Source: Candidatus Thorarchaeota archaeon | GTDB lineage: Archaea > Asgardarchaeota > Thorarchaeia > Thorarchaeales > Thorarchaeaceae | Length of the DNA: 64,000 nucleotides | NCBI GenBank assembly: GCA_019057475.1 | Contig: DXJO01000010.1 | Coordinates: forward strand, 288,001-352,000 | Direction: 5' to 3' | Shown here: positions 18,721 to 28,598 of the stretch, piece by piece | Layout of the letters: each line of letters begins with the position of its first letter | Position numbering within the stretch: position 1 is the first letter of the stretch | Made by a program: the position numbers and the translations under genes | Notes under the pieces: model-generated | What the model was told of the DNA's origin: nothing | What the model saw: the letters and a program-made list of their open reading frames with translations, nothing else | Database searches by the model: none

Positions 18721-19746
18721 ATGCTCTTATGCTCAGTGAGCATTATTTTCTCGGAGGATTCACTGGTGGTAAAAACCAAGACCCTTGCTATCGTTGTGGC
18801 TGTGGTAATAATCTCATCATTCGCTGTTTATGGCTACTGGTCTACAATTACCCCCCGAGCTGACGTCAGAATCGGGTACCTGAACCAAGACCTGCATCAA
18901 CTCGCCTTACGAGTTGCGTTGGTGAATGGTTACTTTGATGACGTGAATATCACGGTCGACGTTGTCGAATTCGGTAACGGTGCTCTTGAGATGGACGGTT
19001 TTCTTGCAGACCAGATCGACATGGGATACCTTGGAGCCGCGCCAGCATTGACGAAGCGACTCAACCAGGATATCCTGATTACAGTACTCGCCGCGGTTAA
19101 CTTGGAGGGTTCTGTCATTATGGTGAAGAAGTCGGAGTTCGACTCGGGTGCCGTGACCAGCATTGTGAATCTAACAGGTAAGGGTGTACATCATCCTGGG
19201 CCATCAACAGTTCAGAACTTCCTTCTCCGTCTTGCCTTGGAGAATGCTGGGATGACCTACGAAGATATCAATCCCGTATACACAGCACCTCCATACATGG
19301 AAAGCGCCCTTACGGCTGAGGCTCCTGCATTCATAGCATGGGAACCCTTCTGTGCCAAGGCTGAATACAATGACGCCGCAGTAGTTCTGCTGAATTCAGG
19401 TGATATCTGGCCTGGCCATCCCTGTTGTGTTGTGGCTTCTGCCAACAGCTTCTTGGAGGGTAAACCGGATGTCGTTCAGAAGGTCATCGATGTGCACAAG
19501 CGGGCTGAGCAGTGGATTATCGATAATCCATTAGATGCTATTGCCATTGCGATTGACTGGCTTGAGATGGACCAGAGTCCTGTTGAGAATGCATTCAACC
19601 GAATTATCTTCGACTATGATCTGAACATGACCGGTCTGACGATGTATCTCGAGTTCCTCATTGACCAGGATCTTGTGGATCTTCAATTGAGCGAAGTTGC
19701 CAGCTTCATGAACGGCTTTGTTAATACGACGTTCGTCGAGTCATAA
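18721..19746 (+). CDS. NitT/TauT-family ABC transporter substrate-binding protein
   Basis: N-terminal anchor, RIGYL..DLHQLA, IDMGYLGAAP, AWEPF, HPCCV. The true start is probably a downstream GTG. Confidence 0.88.
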   Translation: MLLCSVSIIFSEDSLVVKTKTLAIVVAVVIISSFAVYGYWSTITPRADVRIGYLNQDLHQLALRVALVNGYFDDVNITVDVVEFGNGALEMDGFLADQIDMGYLGAAPALTKRLNQDILITVLAAVNLEGSVIMVKKSEFDSGAVTSIVNLTGKGVHHPGPSTVQNFLLRLALENAGMTYEDINPVYTAPPYMESALTAEAPAFIAWEPFCAKAEYNDAAVVLLNSGDIWPGHPCCVVASANSFLEGKPDVVQKVIDVHKRAEQWIIDNPLDAIAIAIDWLEMDQSPVENAFNRIIFDYDLNMTGLTMYLEFLIDQDLVDLQLSEVASFMNGFVNTTFVES

Positions 19747-19791
19747 ACGGCAGACACAAAAGAAACACCGCGGGTCATCTTCAAGAGCAAG

Positions 19792-20628
19792 ATGACTGTA
19801 GCGCTTAAGGAACGTCGCAGCGAAGCTGATTCGCAACCCGTCCGACCGAAGAGCTGGATGGCAAAGTTCGACCCGCGAGATGTGGTTTTGAGAATCCTCC
19901 TTCCAGTCATCATCTTGATTGTCCTCTGGGAGGTTATTGCACAGCTCTCAGTGTCATCCCTGTCAGGAATTGTGGAATCATTCCTGAAGCTTGCATTCGA
20001 GGGCGACAGTCAGGGGAAACTCCTCACAGAACACGTCTTCTCCAGTCTTGGTCATGTTACTCTCGGATTCCTAGTCGCTGCACTGACAGCGATTCCTCTA
20101 GGAATCATGATTGGTCGGTACAAGGTCGTCAACTCCGTCCTTGGACCAGTGGTTGAAGCGATGCGCCCCATTCCTCCGATTGCTTGGATTCCTATATCGC
20201 TTCTTCTATTCCGTGACATTCTGTTCGCTCGAATTTTCATAATCTGGATTGGCGCTTTCTTCCCGATTCTCATCAACACGACAGCTGGCGTCAAACGGAC
20301 AAACCCCGTTCATTTGGATGTGGCTGAAACCTTTGGTGCGACAGAACCTGAAGTCTTGACCAAGATAATTATTCCCTCTGCTGCGCCAGAGATATTCGTA
20401 GGCTTCCGCATTGGTTTTGGCATCGGGTGGATGTGCTTGATTGCTGCGGAGATGGTGAATGTCAATGCGGGACTTGGATATCTCGTGCTAATCATGCAAC
20501 AGTCAGGTCAGACAGGTGCTATGATTGCGGGTATGTTGTTGATAGGACTCATTGGTTTCCTCATCAGTTACCTCTTCTTGATCATGGAAAAGCGTCTACT
20601 TAGATGGAGAAGAGAAATTTCCGTTTAG
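19792..20628 (+). CDS. NitT/TauT-family ABC transporter permease
   Basis: RPIPPIAWIP, EAA-like loop DVAETFGA, LIAAEM. Confidence 0.9.
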   Translation: MTVALKERRSEADSQPVRPKSWMAKFDPRDVVLRILLPVIILIVLWEVIAQLSVSSLSGIVESFLKLAFEGDSQGKLLTEHVFSSLGHVTLGFLVAALTAIPLGIMIGRYKVVNSVLGPVVEAMRPIPPIAWIPISLLLFRDILFARIFIIWIGAFFPILINTTAGVKRTNPVHLDVAETFGATEPEVLTKIIIPSAAPEIFVGFRIGFGIGWMCLIAAEMVNVNAGLGYLVLIMQQSGQTGAMIAGMLLIGLIGFLISYLFLIMEKRLLRWRREISV

Positions 20629-21404
20629 GATCTCTGCATTAGCATAGCTTTCTCTTGCTCTATCTTAAGGATGTCTAGAATCTGAGCCCGATATGCGAGG
20701 CACTCGCTAGTTGCTCGGCGGCGAGGTCTGGAAATGCTGATATCGTATTCATTTAGGATCCTCGCTGGGATGTTACTCATGACCAGAATTCGGTTGGACA
20801 TGAATACTGCTTCATCCACATTGTGCGAGACGAATACGATGGTTGAACCGGTTTCCTGCCACACTCTCAGGAACTCTTCTTGCAGGTGATTCCGGGTCTG
20901 AGCATCAAGATTTGAGAACCCCTCATCTGCGACCAAGATATCTGGCGATGTGATTAGGCTTCTGGCTATCTCAGTCTTGCGCGCTTGGCCGCCGGAGATT
21001 TCATGAGGCAGATGTTCCTCATAGCCTTTCATCCCGACCAGTGCAATCACCGCATCAGAACGGCTTCTCATCTCCTCTTCTGATACACCCTTTACCTCGA
21101 GCCCGAACTCTATGTTCTTACGAACTGTACGCCAAGGAAATAGTGATTCCTGCTGGAAGATGTAGCCCACACGACTGTGGCCCATCTTCACTTCAACATC
21201 ATCTATGAGTATTTTACCCGCATCGGGTTCAATGAGTCCTGCAATTATCTTGAGAAGTGTTGTCTTGCCGCACCCCGAAGGTCCAAGGATGCCCAGAAAT
21301 TCTCCATCCTTGACCTCAAATGAGATGTCGTCCAGAACCAAGGTTGAATCTTGTTCCCCGTTGTCAAAGGATTTTGATACGTGACGCACGGAGAGATTGG
21401 GCAC
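20625..21404 (-). CDS. NitT/TauT-family ABC transporter ATP-binding protein
   Basis: GPSGCGKT, ISGGQ signature, VADEGFSNLD, VSHNVDEA. Confidence 0.92.
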   Translation of the reverse strand: MPNLSVRHVSKSFDNGEQDSTLVLDDISFEVKDGEFLGILGPSGCGKTTLLKIIAGLIEPDAGKILIDDVEVKMGHSRVGYIFQQESLFPWRTVRKNIEFGLEVKGVSEEEMRSRSDAVIALVGMKGYEEHLPHEISGGQARKTEIARSLITSPDILVADEGFSNLDAQTRNHLQEEFLRVWQETGSTIVFVSHNVDEAVFMSNRILVMSNIPARILNEYDISISRPRRRATSECLAYRAQILDILKIEQEKAMLMQRS

Positions 21405-21603
21405 TATGGTTTCACCGGCCTTCTAGGCCGCATTTCCGGTTAAATAGTGTGCCCTCTGGATGACTCAGATTGAGGGACTGCACCCAATAAAGGTAAAAAA
21501 GGCAACACTCACACCACATAGTGACTCAGATGCTAAAATCACTGTAGTTGTTAGACCAACTTAGTATCTGAACATCAAATCTTCAGATAAATGGTGACCA
21601 ATC

Positions 21604-23919
21604 TTGACGGCCCCTCGCATACTCTTTGAGATTCCCGATGAGCTGAGTACTAGTGCCATTGCCGTGGGCGATGTAACCAACTCAGGACTTTCAGAACTCT
21701 GTACGGGTGGCCGTAACGGGGTTCTGAAGCTGTATAGTGCCAGCAATAAGACCGAAGTACAGTTCTTGGCGCAGCAGGACCTACAGGGCAGCATTCTCTC
21801 GATTCGCATTGCTGATGCCAATAATGACGGTCTGATGGAAGTCATTGTTGGACGCAGTGTGAGTGCCGGTGAGATGCCGGGTGAAACCGGTACGCTTCAG
21901 GTGTTTAGGTACGCTCCAAGTGGCCAGCTAGAACTCCTTGCAGAGCATCCGGTGGGGAGCTTCGTCACAACAATCAGTGTCACTGATGTCACAGGGGATA
22001 ACAAGAACGAAATTATGGTTGGAGGCAGCGATTCTACACTTCGAGTCCTCAAGATGGATACTCAGAATAACTTGACGGAATACATTCATCATCAACTAGA
22101 TGACATGCCTATCGCCATCGGCACTTGCGATGTCATTGGCGATGAGATCGAGGAGATAGTTACCGGTAACCGTGACAAAACGCTGCGTGTGTTCAAGGTT
22201 AGGGAAGACGCGCTGGAAGAGATAGAGGTCCTAGAACTGCCTAGTCCAGTTATTTCAGTCGCGGCAGGTGATATCCTCGGCGATAGGAAAATGGAGCTTG
22301 GGGTAGTTACTCACGATGGCTCTATCAGGATTTACCGCAACGAGGAGAGCAAGCTTGAGCTCTTCACGAAGTTGGAGAACATCAATGCCCTATCCGTCCG
22401 AATAGCCGAGTTGAACGCCGATCATATGGACGAGGTTGTGATTGCCACCTCTGACTTCAAGATTCTATTCTACAGTCTTTACATGGCTGAGCTCAAACAG
22501 CTCGCCGTTATCGATATTGGTGCTAAGATTCTCTCTATCAGTGTTGGTGACGCTGGCGGTGATGATAGACGAGAAGTGTTGGTAGGGGTTTCTGAAAAGC
22601 CTCTCAAGGTTATTGAAGGGTTGTACCAGATAATCCCCAGTTTCGAGATATCTCAGGATTCTGAGGACAGTACTCGCCTGCGCGGCAAGGTTACTGTTGC
22701 AAACATCACGGACCAGCCAGTGATGGGGATCACCGGGAAGATATACCACTTCCCGAAGGACAATATGGAAGTCAATCCACAGCAACTCAAGTTCGACCTA
22801 GGGCCGGGCGAAACCAAGGCCATAGATATTGAACTAATGCCAAAAGCAGAAGGAACAATTATTGTTCGTCCGATCGTGCTCATGTGGACCGACGACGGAG
22901 GTCAAGTGCGTCAGGTCACCACGCCGGAAACCGCGATACTTGTAGAGAAAGACCAGGTTGCCTCAGCTCCTGCTGAAGTCGCTCCCGTCTCAATGCCCGC
23001 CACTACGGTGGAGGCACCTACGATATACGAGGAGCCGTCCCCATTCATACCTCCCTCCGGCACAGGCTTTGGTGAGGTTTCAGTCTCCGAAACCGCTCCC
23101 GTCGAAGCTGCCACTGAATCGGAAATGACCGCACGCGACCAAGCTCAGTTGAAAGCGGCGGAAGACCTCTTGGACAAACTATTCGGAGAGGACTCAGGAT
23201 TATCAGAGTTGGACGACGTATCCAAGCTAATGGAAGAGGCGGAGCAGGTTACAACAGAACCTTCTGCAACAGTCACGGCTATTGCTGTTGAGAGCGCCAT
23301 GGTGTTAGAGATCCGCGCCAGAGAGCATAAGTCTCCAAGACCCGGTGCAGCCTCGGATGCGTATAGCTACTTGTTCAAGGTAATGGTAACCGGAGAAGGA
23401 GCAGTCGGTAAGACGGCGCTTGTTACAAGATACACTACGGGCCAGTTCCAAAAGGACTACAAAACTACGATTGGGAGTCAGTTTGCCGTCAAGCTCGCAC
23501 ACATCTCACCGCCAGAATCTGAGTTCGCAGTTGGGATCAAACTTCAAGCTTGGGATGTTGCAGGACAAGCTCGTTTCAAGGCTGTTCGGAAGATGTACTA
23601 CAGCGGAGCGGCGGGACTGATACTGGTGTTCGACGTAACTAGAAGAAGGTCCTTCGTAGAGCTCCAAAAATGGGTGGAGGAAGCGGACGAATCAGTTGGT
23701 CAGAGAATTCCCATAATCTGCATCGGCAACAAGATTGACCTCCCAGACCGTGCGATACCGGCAGATGAGGCAAAGAAGTGGGCTGAGGACCAGGGTTTCG
23801 TTTACATGGAGAGCAGCGCAAAAACGGGTTCGGGGGTATCAGACATGTTCATGGTGATTGCTGAGCTTATGTGGCGAGAAACCCGGGCGCAGTCCAACGA
23901 TAATCAGACGCAGTTCTAG
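21604..23919 (+). CDS. FG-GAP-type 7-blade beta-propeller + Ig-like domain + acidic linker + Rab-like small GTPase fusion
   Basis: Seven repeats of (I/V)xxxD..(G)D...E...G..D..L.V(F/Y). The C-terminal domain has YLFKVMVTGEGAVGKT, YKTTIG, WDVAGQARF, YYSGA, GNKIDL and ESSAK. Confidence 0.88.
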   Translation: MTAPRILFEIPDELSTSAIAVGDVTNSGLSELCTGGRNGVLKLYSASNKTEVQFLAQQDLQGSILSIRIADANNDGLMEVIVGRSVSAGEMPGETGTLQVFRYAPSGQLELLAEHPVGSFVTTISVTDVTGDNKNEIMVGGSDSTLRVLKMDTQNNLTEYIHHQLDDMPIAIGTCDVIGDEIEEIVTGNRDKTLRVFKVREDALEEIEVLELPSPVISVAAGDILGDRKMELGVVTHDGSIRIYRNEESKLELFTKLENINALSVRIAELNADHMDEVVIATSDFKILFYSLYMAELKQLAVIDIGAKILSISVGDAGGDDRREVLVGVSEKPLKVIEGLYQIIPSFEISQDSEDSTRLRGKVTVANITDQPVMGITGKIYHFPKDNMEVNPQQLKFDLGPGETKAIDIELMPKAEGTIIVRPIVLMWTDDGGQVRQVTTPETAILVEKDQVASAPAEVAPVSMPATTVEAPTIYEEPSPFIPPSGTGFGEVSVSETAPVEAATESEMTARDQAQLKAAEDLLDKLFGEDSGLSELDDVSKLMEEAEQVTTEPSATVTAIAVESAMVLEIRAREHKSPRPGAASDAYSYLFKVMVTGEGAVGKTALVTRYTTGQFQKDYKTTIGSQFAVKLAHISPPESEFAVGIKLQAWDVAGQARFKAVRKMYYSGAAGLILVFDVTRRRSFVELQKWVEEADESVGQRIPIICIGNKIDLPDRAIPADEAKKWAEDQGFVYMESSAKTGSGVSDMFMVIAELMWRETRAQSNDNQTQF

Positions 23920-24533
23920 ACGTTTCGTCCGACAGGTTTCACATCCATAATGTCCTGTGCTCCAGCTTCAAACGCAGCCAAGTTCATGCTTGTGAGTGGT
24001 ATGATTTCTGCCAGGCTGGCCTTGATATTATCCGCACGAAGGGGCGTGTTGCCCAGAGTCGCCAGAGCTCCTAGCATGTAGGCGTTCAACGCTCGTGCGG
24101 TACCGATTACTCTCAGGGCAGCACCTGCATCTACCGGATACACCTTGCCACAGATGGTCGCAAGCGCATCGACAACTTCTTTGCTACTAGGGTGCCCATC
24201 TTCTTCACAGCGCGTTGCCGTTGTGTGGACTTCCATCGTACTGAGAACGATGGTTGTTTGCGGTCCTGCATAGTCCACAGCAGCACGCAGGGTTTCCAGG
24301 GGTTCAAGACCCAGCAGCATGTCAACCCGCCCTCGTGGGATCAGCGGACCAGTGTCGTGGTCTGCAATTCTAATATGTGTGTACACACTTCCGCCTCTTT
24401 GCGAGGCCCCAATAATCTGCCCAACCACGGGTTTCATTCCTTGAGCACATGATGCATTTGCTAGAGCCCGGCCACATACGAGGTTTCCCTGTCCTCCAAC
24501 ACCGGCGACTAGAATATTGTATGCATTGCTCAA
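23916..24533 (-). CDS. iorB: Indolepyruvate:ferredoxin oxidoreductase beta subunit
   Basis: NILVAGVGGQG, GASQRGGSV, LEPLE. TTG start at 24533 follows a GAGGTGA SD-like sequence. Confidence 0.88.
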   Translation of the reverse strand: MSNAYNILVAGVGGQGNLVCGRALANASCAQGMKPVVGQIIGASQRGGSVYTHIRIADHDTGPLIPRGRVDMLLGLEPLETLRAAVDYAGPQTTIVLSTMEVHTTATRCEEDGHPSSKEVVDALATICGKVYPVDAGAALRVIGTARALNAYMLGALATLGNTPLRADNIKASLAEIIPLTSMNLAAFEAGAQDIMDVKPVGRNV

Positions 24534-24538
24534 CGATA

Positions 24539-26425
24539 TCACCTCTGTTTGATGGCTCCATGAGGACATACTGCGATGCAAGCGCCACATCGGACGCAAA
24601 GGTGTTCTAGTATGACTGGATGTCCCGCTTCACAATCCCAGCCTATTGTGGTGCAGCCGAAATCATTCACACAAATTCTACATTTCTCGCCAGAACACTC
24701 CTCAAGGTCGATGTAGACCTCTGGCTCGGTATCGTAGTTTCCTATACGTTTCTGCTCCTCCAGTCTGCAGACGCTTGCCAGTATGATTACATGGAGCCCT
24801 TTCTTCAGTACTGTCCTGTGTAGCAGTTCCACCATGGATGGAATATCGAAAGCGTCACTTGTGACGACAGAGTCCGCTCCAATTGCGTTTACAACCTTCT
24901 CGATGCTGATATAGCTCTCATTCTTTGCCTGGTTTCCTGAACCCGGGTGTGACTGGAAACCCGTCATGGCGGTCGTGGCATTGTCTAGTATCACGAATGT
25001 GATGTCTGCGTTCTTGTGTCTTGCATTGACCAGAGCCGGGATGCAGGCATGAAAGAATGTCGAGTCACCAGCCACAGCAAGGACCTTGGAGTCGAACCCA
25101 AATCTACCAAGCTGCCCCAAGCCGCACGCAGTTCCTATTCCGGAACCCATTGCCTGCATGGTGTTCATAGATTTGTCATAGAATACTCCGAGTGAGTAAC
25201 AGCCGATATCACCTGCGACCACCAGCTTGCCTTTCAATCTCTTGCGGACTTTGCGGATTGCCCAGTAGACATTGCGGTGGGTACATCCTGCACAGAAAGT
25301 AAGTGATCTTGAAAAAAGCAGGTCACGAGCCTTTTCAACAGCCGCGAGGGTCCTGGCGTCAAGTGGCTCATAGCTACCACCTTGAATTCTAGCGATTGAT
25401 TCCAGCAAGATGTCAGCATTCATCTCCCCAAATGCTGGGACGTTTCCTGTTCGCTTCCCGTGGAACTGAGGCATCTCCCCGGAGGGATGATTAGCAACCA
25501 GCAATCGAACATCATCCTCAACAAACGGATCAATCTCCTCAACAAACAAAATTCTCTCAATACCCTTCATCGCATTCAGCAGAAACTCCTTTGGTAGAGG
25601 GTGAGTTGTGACAAGGCTCATACATCCCACTTTGATATCCTCTAGAAGTTCCACGGCTTCCTCTACATATCTGTGGCACACCCCTGTCGATATGGTCAGG
25701 AGCTCGGTCTTGTCGTGACTGTCCAGGTTGTTCCACTCGCAATTCTCGAACTCCTTTGAAATAAGCTCCAACTTCTCCAGAAGGTCGCGATGTCGCAAGT
25801 GCGGGTTTGGCACGTTGTACAGCCTCTCTGGCAGACTGTCCGTGACTCTCCATTTCCTCTTGGGAATCTCTCCCAGCTTGACAATCGCTCTCGAATGACA
25901 TAGCCGAGTAGTACTTCTCACGATGACCGGAATCTCGAATTTTCTTGATAATTCAAATGCGTAGGGAATGATGTCTTTCGCCTGTTGACAGGTGGAAGGC
26001 TCCAGCAGGGGCAAGTAAGCAGCTTTTGCGTAGAATCGTGAGTCCTGCTCATTGCTTGAGCTGTGTCCTTGAGGGTCATCACACACGACCACAACAAGGC
26101 CTCCCTTACCAGTCCCTGAGAGGTTCAGGTTGAGCAAGAAATCTGCGGCCACATTGAGGCCCAGTGATTTTATTGGGCAGATTGCAGGAATGCCTGCCCA
26201 ACTGGCACCGGCTGCAGCCTCGAGTGCAACCTTCTCATTAACGCTCCACTCAACATAGACGTCATGTTCAGTAGCGTCCTTCATCAGTGTCGACGTTATC
26301 CCGGTGGAAGGAGTTCCCGGATACGAAGAGCAGAATCCTATCCCCGCCTCTAAGGCGCCCCTGGCAATGGCTTCGTTGCCACTCATTATCATGCCGCAAA
26401 GTCCAGATTTCGCCATGGGAGTCAA
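24539..26425 (-). CDS. iorA: Indolepyruvate:ferredoxin oxidoreductase alpha subunit
   Basis: GNEAIARG, YPGTPS, SVNEKVA, SSSNEQD, CAGCTHR, GDIGCY, GDSTFFH and C-terminal ferredoxin cysteines. Confidence 0.93.
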   Translation of the reverse strand: MTPMAKSGLCGMIMSGNEAIARGALEAGIGFCSSYPGTPSTGITSTLMKDATEHDVYVEWSVNEKVALEAAAGASWAGIPAICPIKSLGLNVAADFLLNLNLSGTGKGGLVVVVCDDPQGHSSSNEQDSRFYAKAAYLPLLEPSTCQQAKDIIPYAFELSRKFEIPVIVRSTTRLCHSRAIVKLGEIPKRKWRVTDSLPERLYNVPNPHLRHRDLLEKLELISKEFENCEWNNLDSHDKTELLTISTGVCHRYVEEAVELLEDIKVGCMSLVTTHPLPKEFLLNAMKGIERILFVEEIDPFVEDDVRLLVANHPSGEMPQFHGKRTGNVPAFGEMNADILLESIARIQGGSYEPLDARTLAAVEKARDLLFSRSLTFCAGCTHRNVYWAIRKVRKRLKGKLVVAGDIGCYSLGVFYDKSMNTMQAMGSGIGTACGLGQLGRFGFDSKVLAVAGDSTFFHACIPALVNARHKNADITFVILDNATTAMTGFQSHPGSGNQAKNESYISIEKVVNAIGADSVVTSDAFDIPSMVELLHRTVLKKGLHVIILASVCRLEEQKRIGNYDTEPEVYIDLEECSGEKCRICVNDFGCTTIGWDCEAGHPVILEHLCVRCGACIAVCPHGAIKQR

Positions 26426-26532
26426 GCTCTCCTCCTAAACTGTGGTCGAACTCAAAACACTTTCGAATCATCCGAAACGCCTCAGAAAAGGAAGAGTGAA
26501 AAGAGAACAGGAGTTCCGAGGCTGGACAGAAG

Positions 26533-27606
26533 ATGGCTGAAAAGAGCGTGACCAAGAAGAAGATCGGTTCACTTCTCTCGATCTCGCATGATAAGGATGT
26601 AGATGGTCTTAACTCAGCTGCTATCGTCTGGCGGTATGCGAAGTCCAAGGGTCTAGGCTTCGACATGGACCTTACGGACTACGGCGGCTTTGTGAGAGTA
26701 TTCTCGTCAGTTGCAACTCGCAGAAACACGTTGATTATTGTCACGGACCTTGGCATGGATGACTCTGCGCTGGACGCAGTGGTAGCTGGTCTATCCAGAG
26801 CAATTTCTCAAGGATGCAGAGTTGTCTGGCTTGACCATCATCAATGGTCCGATCGGGCCGTGAGGTCAATACTCTCACTCGAGAACAAGCCTGTATTGAA
26901 AGTGAACCCCAAGTACTGTGCGGCCGAGATTGCTCATAAGGTTCTCATGCCTCGCGATGAGATATGCGCCGAGTTGGCGACAGTAGCACGTGATACAGAC
27001 TTCAACCTTCGTCAGATTGATGGTGCTGGGGCTCTCACAGATGCAGTTTCGGTCATCAGATTTGGCACAATTGCTAGCAAGGAGGACCTGACTGCCGCTC
27101 TTAGACCAATTGTGGAAAAGCTGGCTGAGAAGGGACTAGCCGGCGTCTGGAATGATCAAGCTAAGAGATTCCATGACTCGCTTCTGGACAAGAGAGTTCA
27201 TCACTACAGAAAGGAAAAACTCAAGAAGATGCGCAAGGCTTTGATTGGGCATTGCGATCAAGAGATTCACGAGAAACTTGTGCGCATTCTTGAGATGCCT
27301 AGTGGTGTTACCACGACCGATATGGGTACATTCATCGCAGATTCTGAGAATCTAACAGTAGATGGAAACCAGCTAAAGGTGGCGGACCTTGCAATCACTA
27401 TCAGCTCTGGAGGAATGTTGGGCTTTCGCAGAGGTCACAAGACGACGCTGTGCAACATTGCAGCCAAGCTCTTCAATGGCGGAGGACATCCCTACGCTGC
27501 CGGTGGCGAGTATGGGGTCTATACGGACTTTCAAGCCGTTTGTGATGACATATTCGTGACTCTTTCGAAGAGCAAGGATTGGGTCATCGAAGCAGATTCG
27601 GTTTGA
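26533..27606 (+). CDS. DHH family phosphoesterase
   Basis: SHDKDVDG, TDLG, WLDHH and DHHA1-type GGGHPYAAG. Confidence 0.85.
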   Translation: MAEKSVTKKKIGSLLSISHDKDVDGLNSAAIVWRYAKSKGLGFDMDLTDYGGFVRVFSSVATRRNTLIIVTDLGMDDSALDAVVAGLSRAISQGCRVVWLDHHQWSDRAVRSILSLENKPVLKVNPKYCAAEIAHKVLMPRDEICAELATVARDTDFNLRQIDGAGALTDAVSVIRFGTIASKEDLTAALRPIVEKLAEKGLAGVWNDQAKRFHDSLLDKRVHHYRKEKLKKMRKALIGHCDQEIHEKLVRILEMPSGVTTTDMGTFIADSENLTVDGNQLKVADLAITISSGGMLGFRRGHKTTLCNIAAKLFNGGGHPYAAGGEYGVYTDFQAVCDDIFVTLSKSKDWVIEADSV

Positions 27607-27614
27607 TTGTTGCA

Positions 27615-28598
27615 TCACTCAAGTGATTCAGTACCAGGTTTGACACCGCTAGCTATGGCTTGTTTCAAGATGGCTGAAATGTCAATTGCACTCTCCCACA
27701 GCCTTTCGAATGTAGCAACAGCGTCATCCACCATGGTTGGGTTGTCATCTCTGTAGATCAATGCCGCAGAATCTGGGTACGGGGCTTTACTCATAAAGAG
27801 AATCATCTTCTCTTCATTCAAGCACAACATTCTGTAGGTTGACGTGGGTTGTGGAGTGGCTCGGAGCTGCAGTCGCCCATCGAGAATCCCCTGGACAACC
27901 AAGCTGCTAGTCTTGCTCAGAAATGACGCTAATGAGGCTAGGCCTTGACCCTGCGGCATTTGAGATGTGAGCAGCGCTTTAATGGTCAATCCATTTTGAA
28001 CTGCTTCGAGTAACGCCTTCTCAACAGGTCCACTATTTGCAGGGGTAAGATCCAAGAGGTTTGCGCCCTCTGTAAGCCTAAGCACATCCCCCGGACTGGT
28101 GTTTCCACATAGCTCTCTAATCATAGCTATGCGAACGTTGTCTTTTCCTTCAATATGACCGGATGTCAGTTTCGGTTTTCTTCCTATCATGATTCCAATA
28201 ATGATGTTGGCCATGTCTTGCATGTCAGCCCCTTCAAGTGATTCCACATCCTCTGATAGTTCCTTTCTCTCATCTTCTAGTATGCTCCTCTGTCTGCTCT
28301 GAGAATTGGCAAGACCCGCCATGATTGTTTCAATTGTGGCCGTAAAATGCCAGGGTCTCCCGAGTCGATTCACTGTTATGAATTGATTACTCTCAAGATT
28401 GGAGATGCATTTGTAAATCCAGGCTTTTGAGGGCGCCTTGGACCTCTCACTTTTGATATTTGCGTATATTTGTTGGAACGTGATTTCTCCTTGGGTTTCG
28501 TTTCCTGCTCTTAACATAGCTCCTAAAACCTGAATCTCCGGGGCGGAGAGGTGAACACCAATTCTCTCAAGATCCCGACCAAGATTCTTGACTGTCAA
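27615..28598 (-). CDS. TrmB-like regulator (wHTH + coiled coil + PLD-fold effector domain), paralog 3
   Basis: SKAWIYKCISNLESNQFITV wHTH, heptad linker, C-terminal VDDAVATFERLWESA. Confidence 0.65.
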   Translation of the reverse strand: MTVKNLGRDLERIGVHLSAPEIQVLGAMLRAGNETQGEITFQQIYANIKSERSKAPSKAWIYKCISNLESNQFITVNRLGRPWHFTATIETIMAGLANSQSRQRSILEDERKELSEDVESLEGADMQDMANIIIGIMIGRKPKLTSGHIEGKDNVRIAMIRELCGNTSPGDVLRLTEGANLLDLTPANSGPVEKALLEAVQNGLTIKALLTSQMPQGQGLASLASFLSKTSSLVVQGILDGRLQLRATPQPTSTYRMLCLNEEKMILFMSKAPYPDSAALIYRDDNPTMVDDAVATFERLWESAIDISAILKQAIASGVKPGTESLE

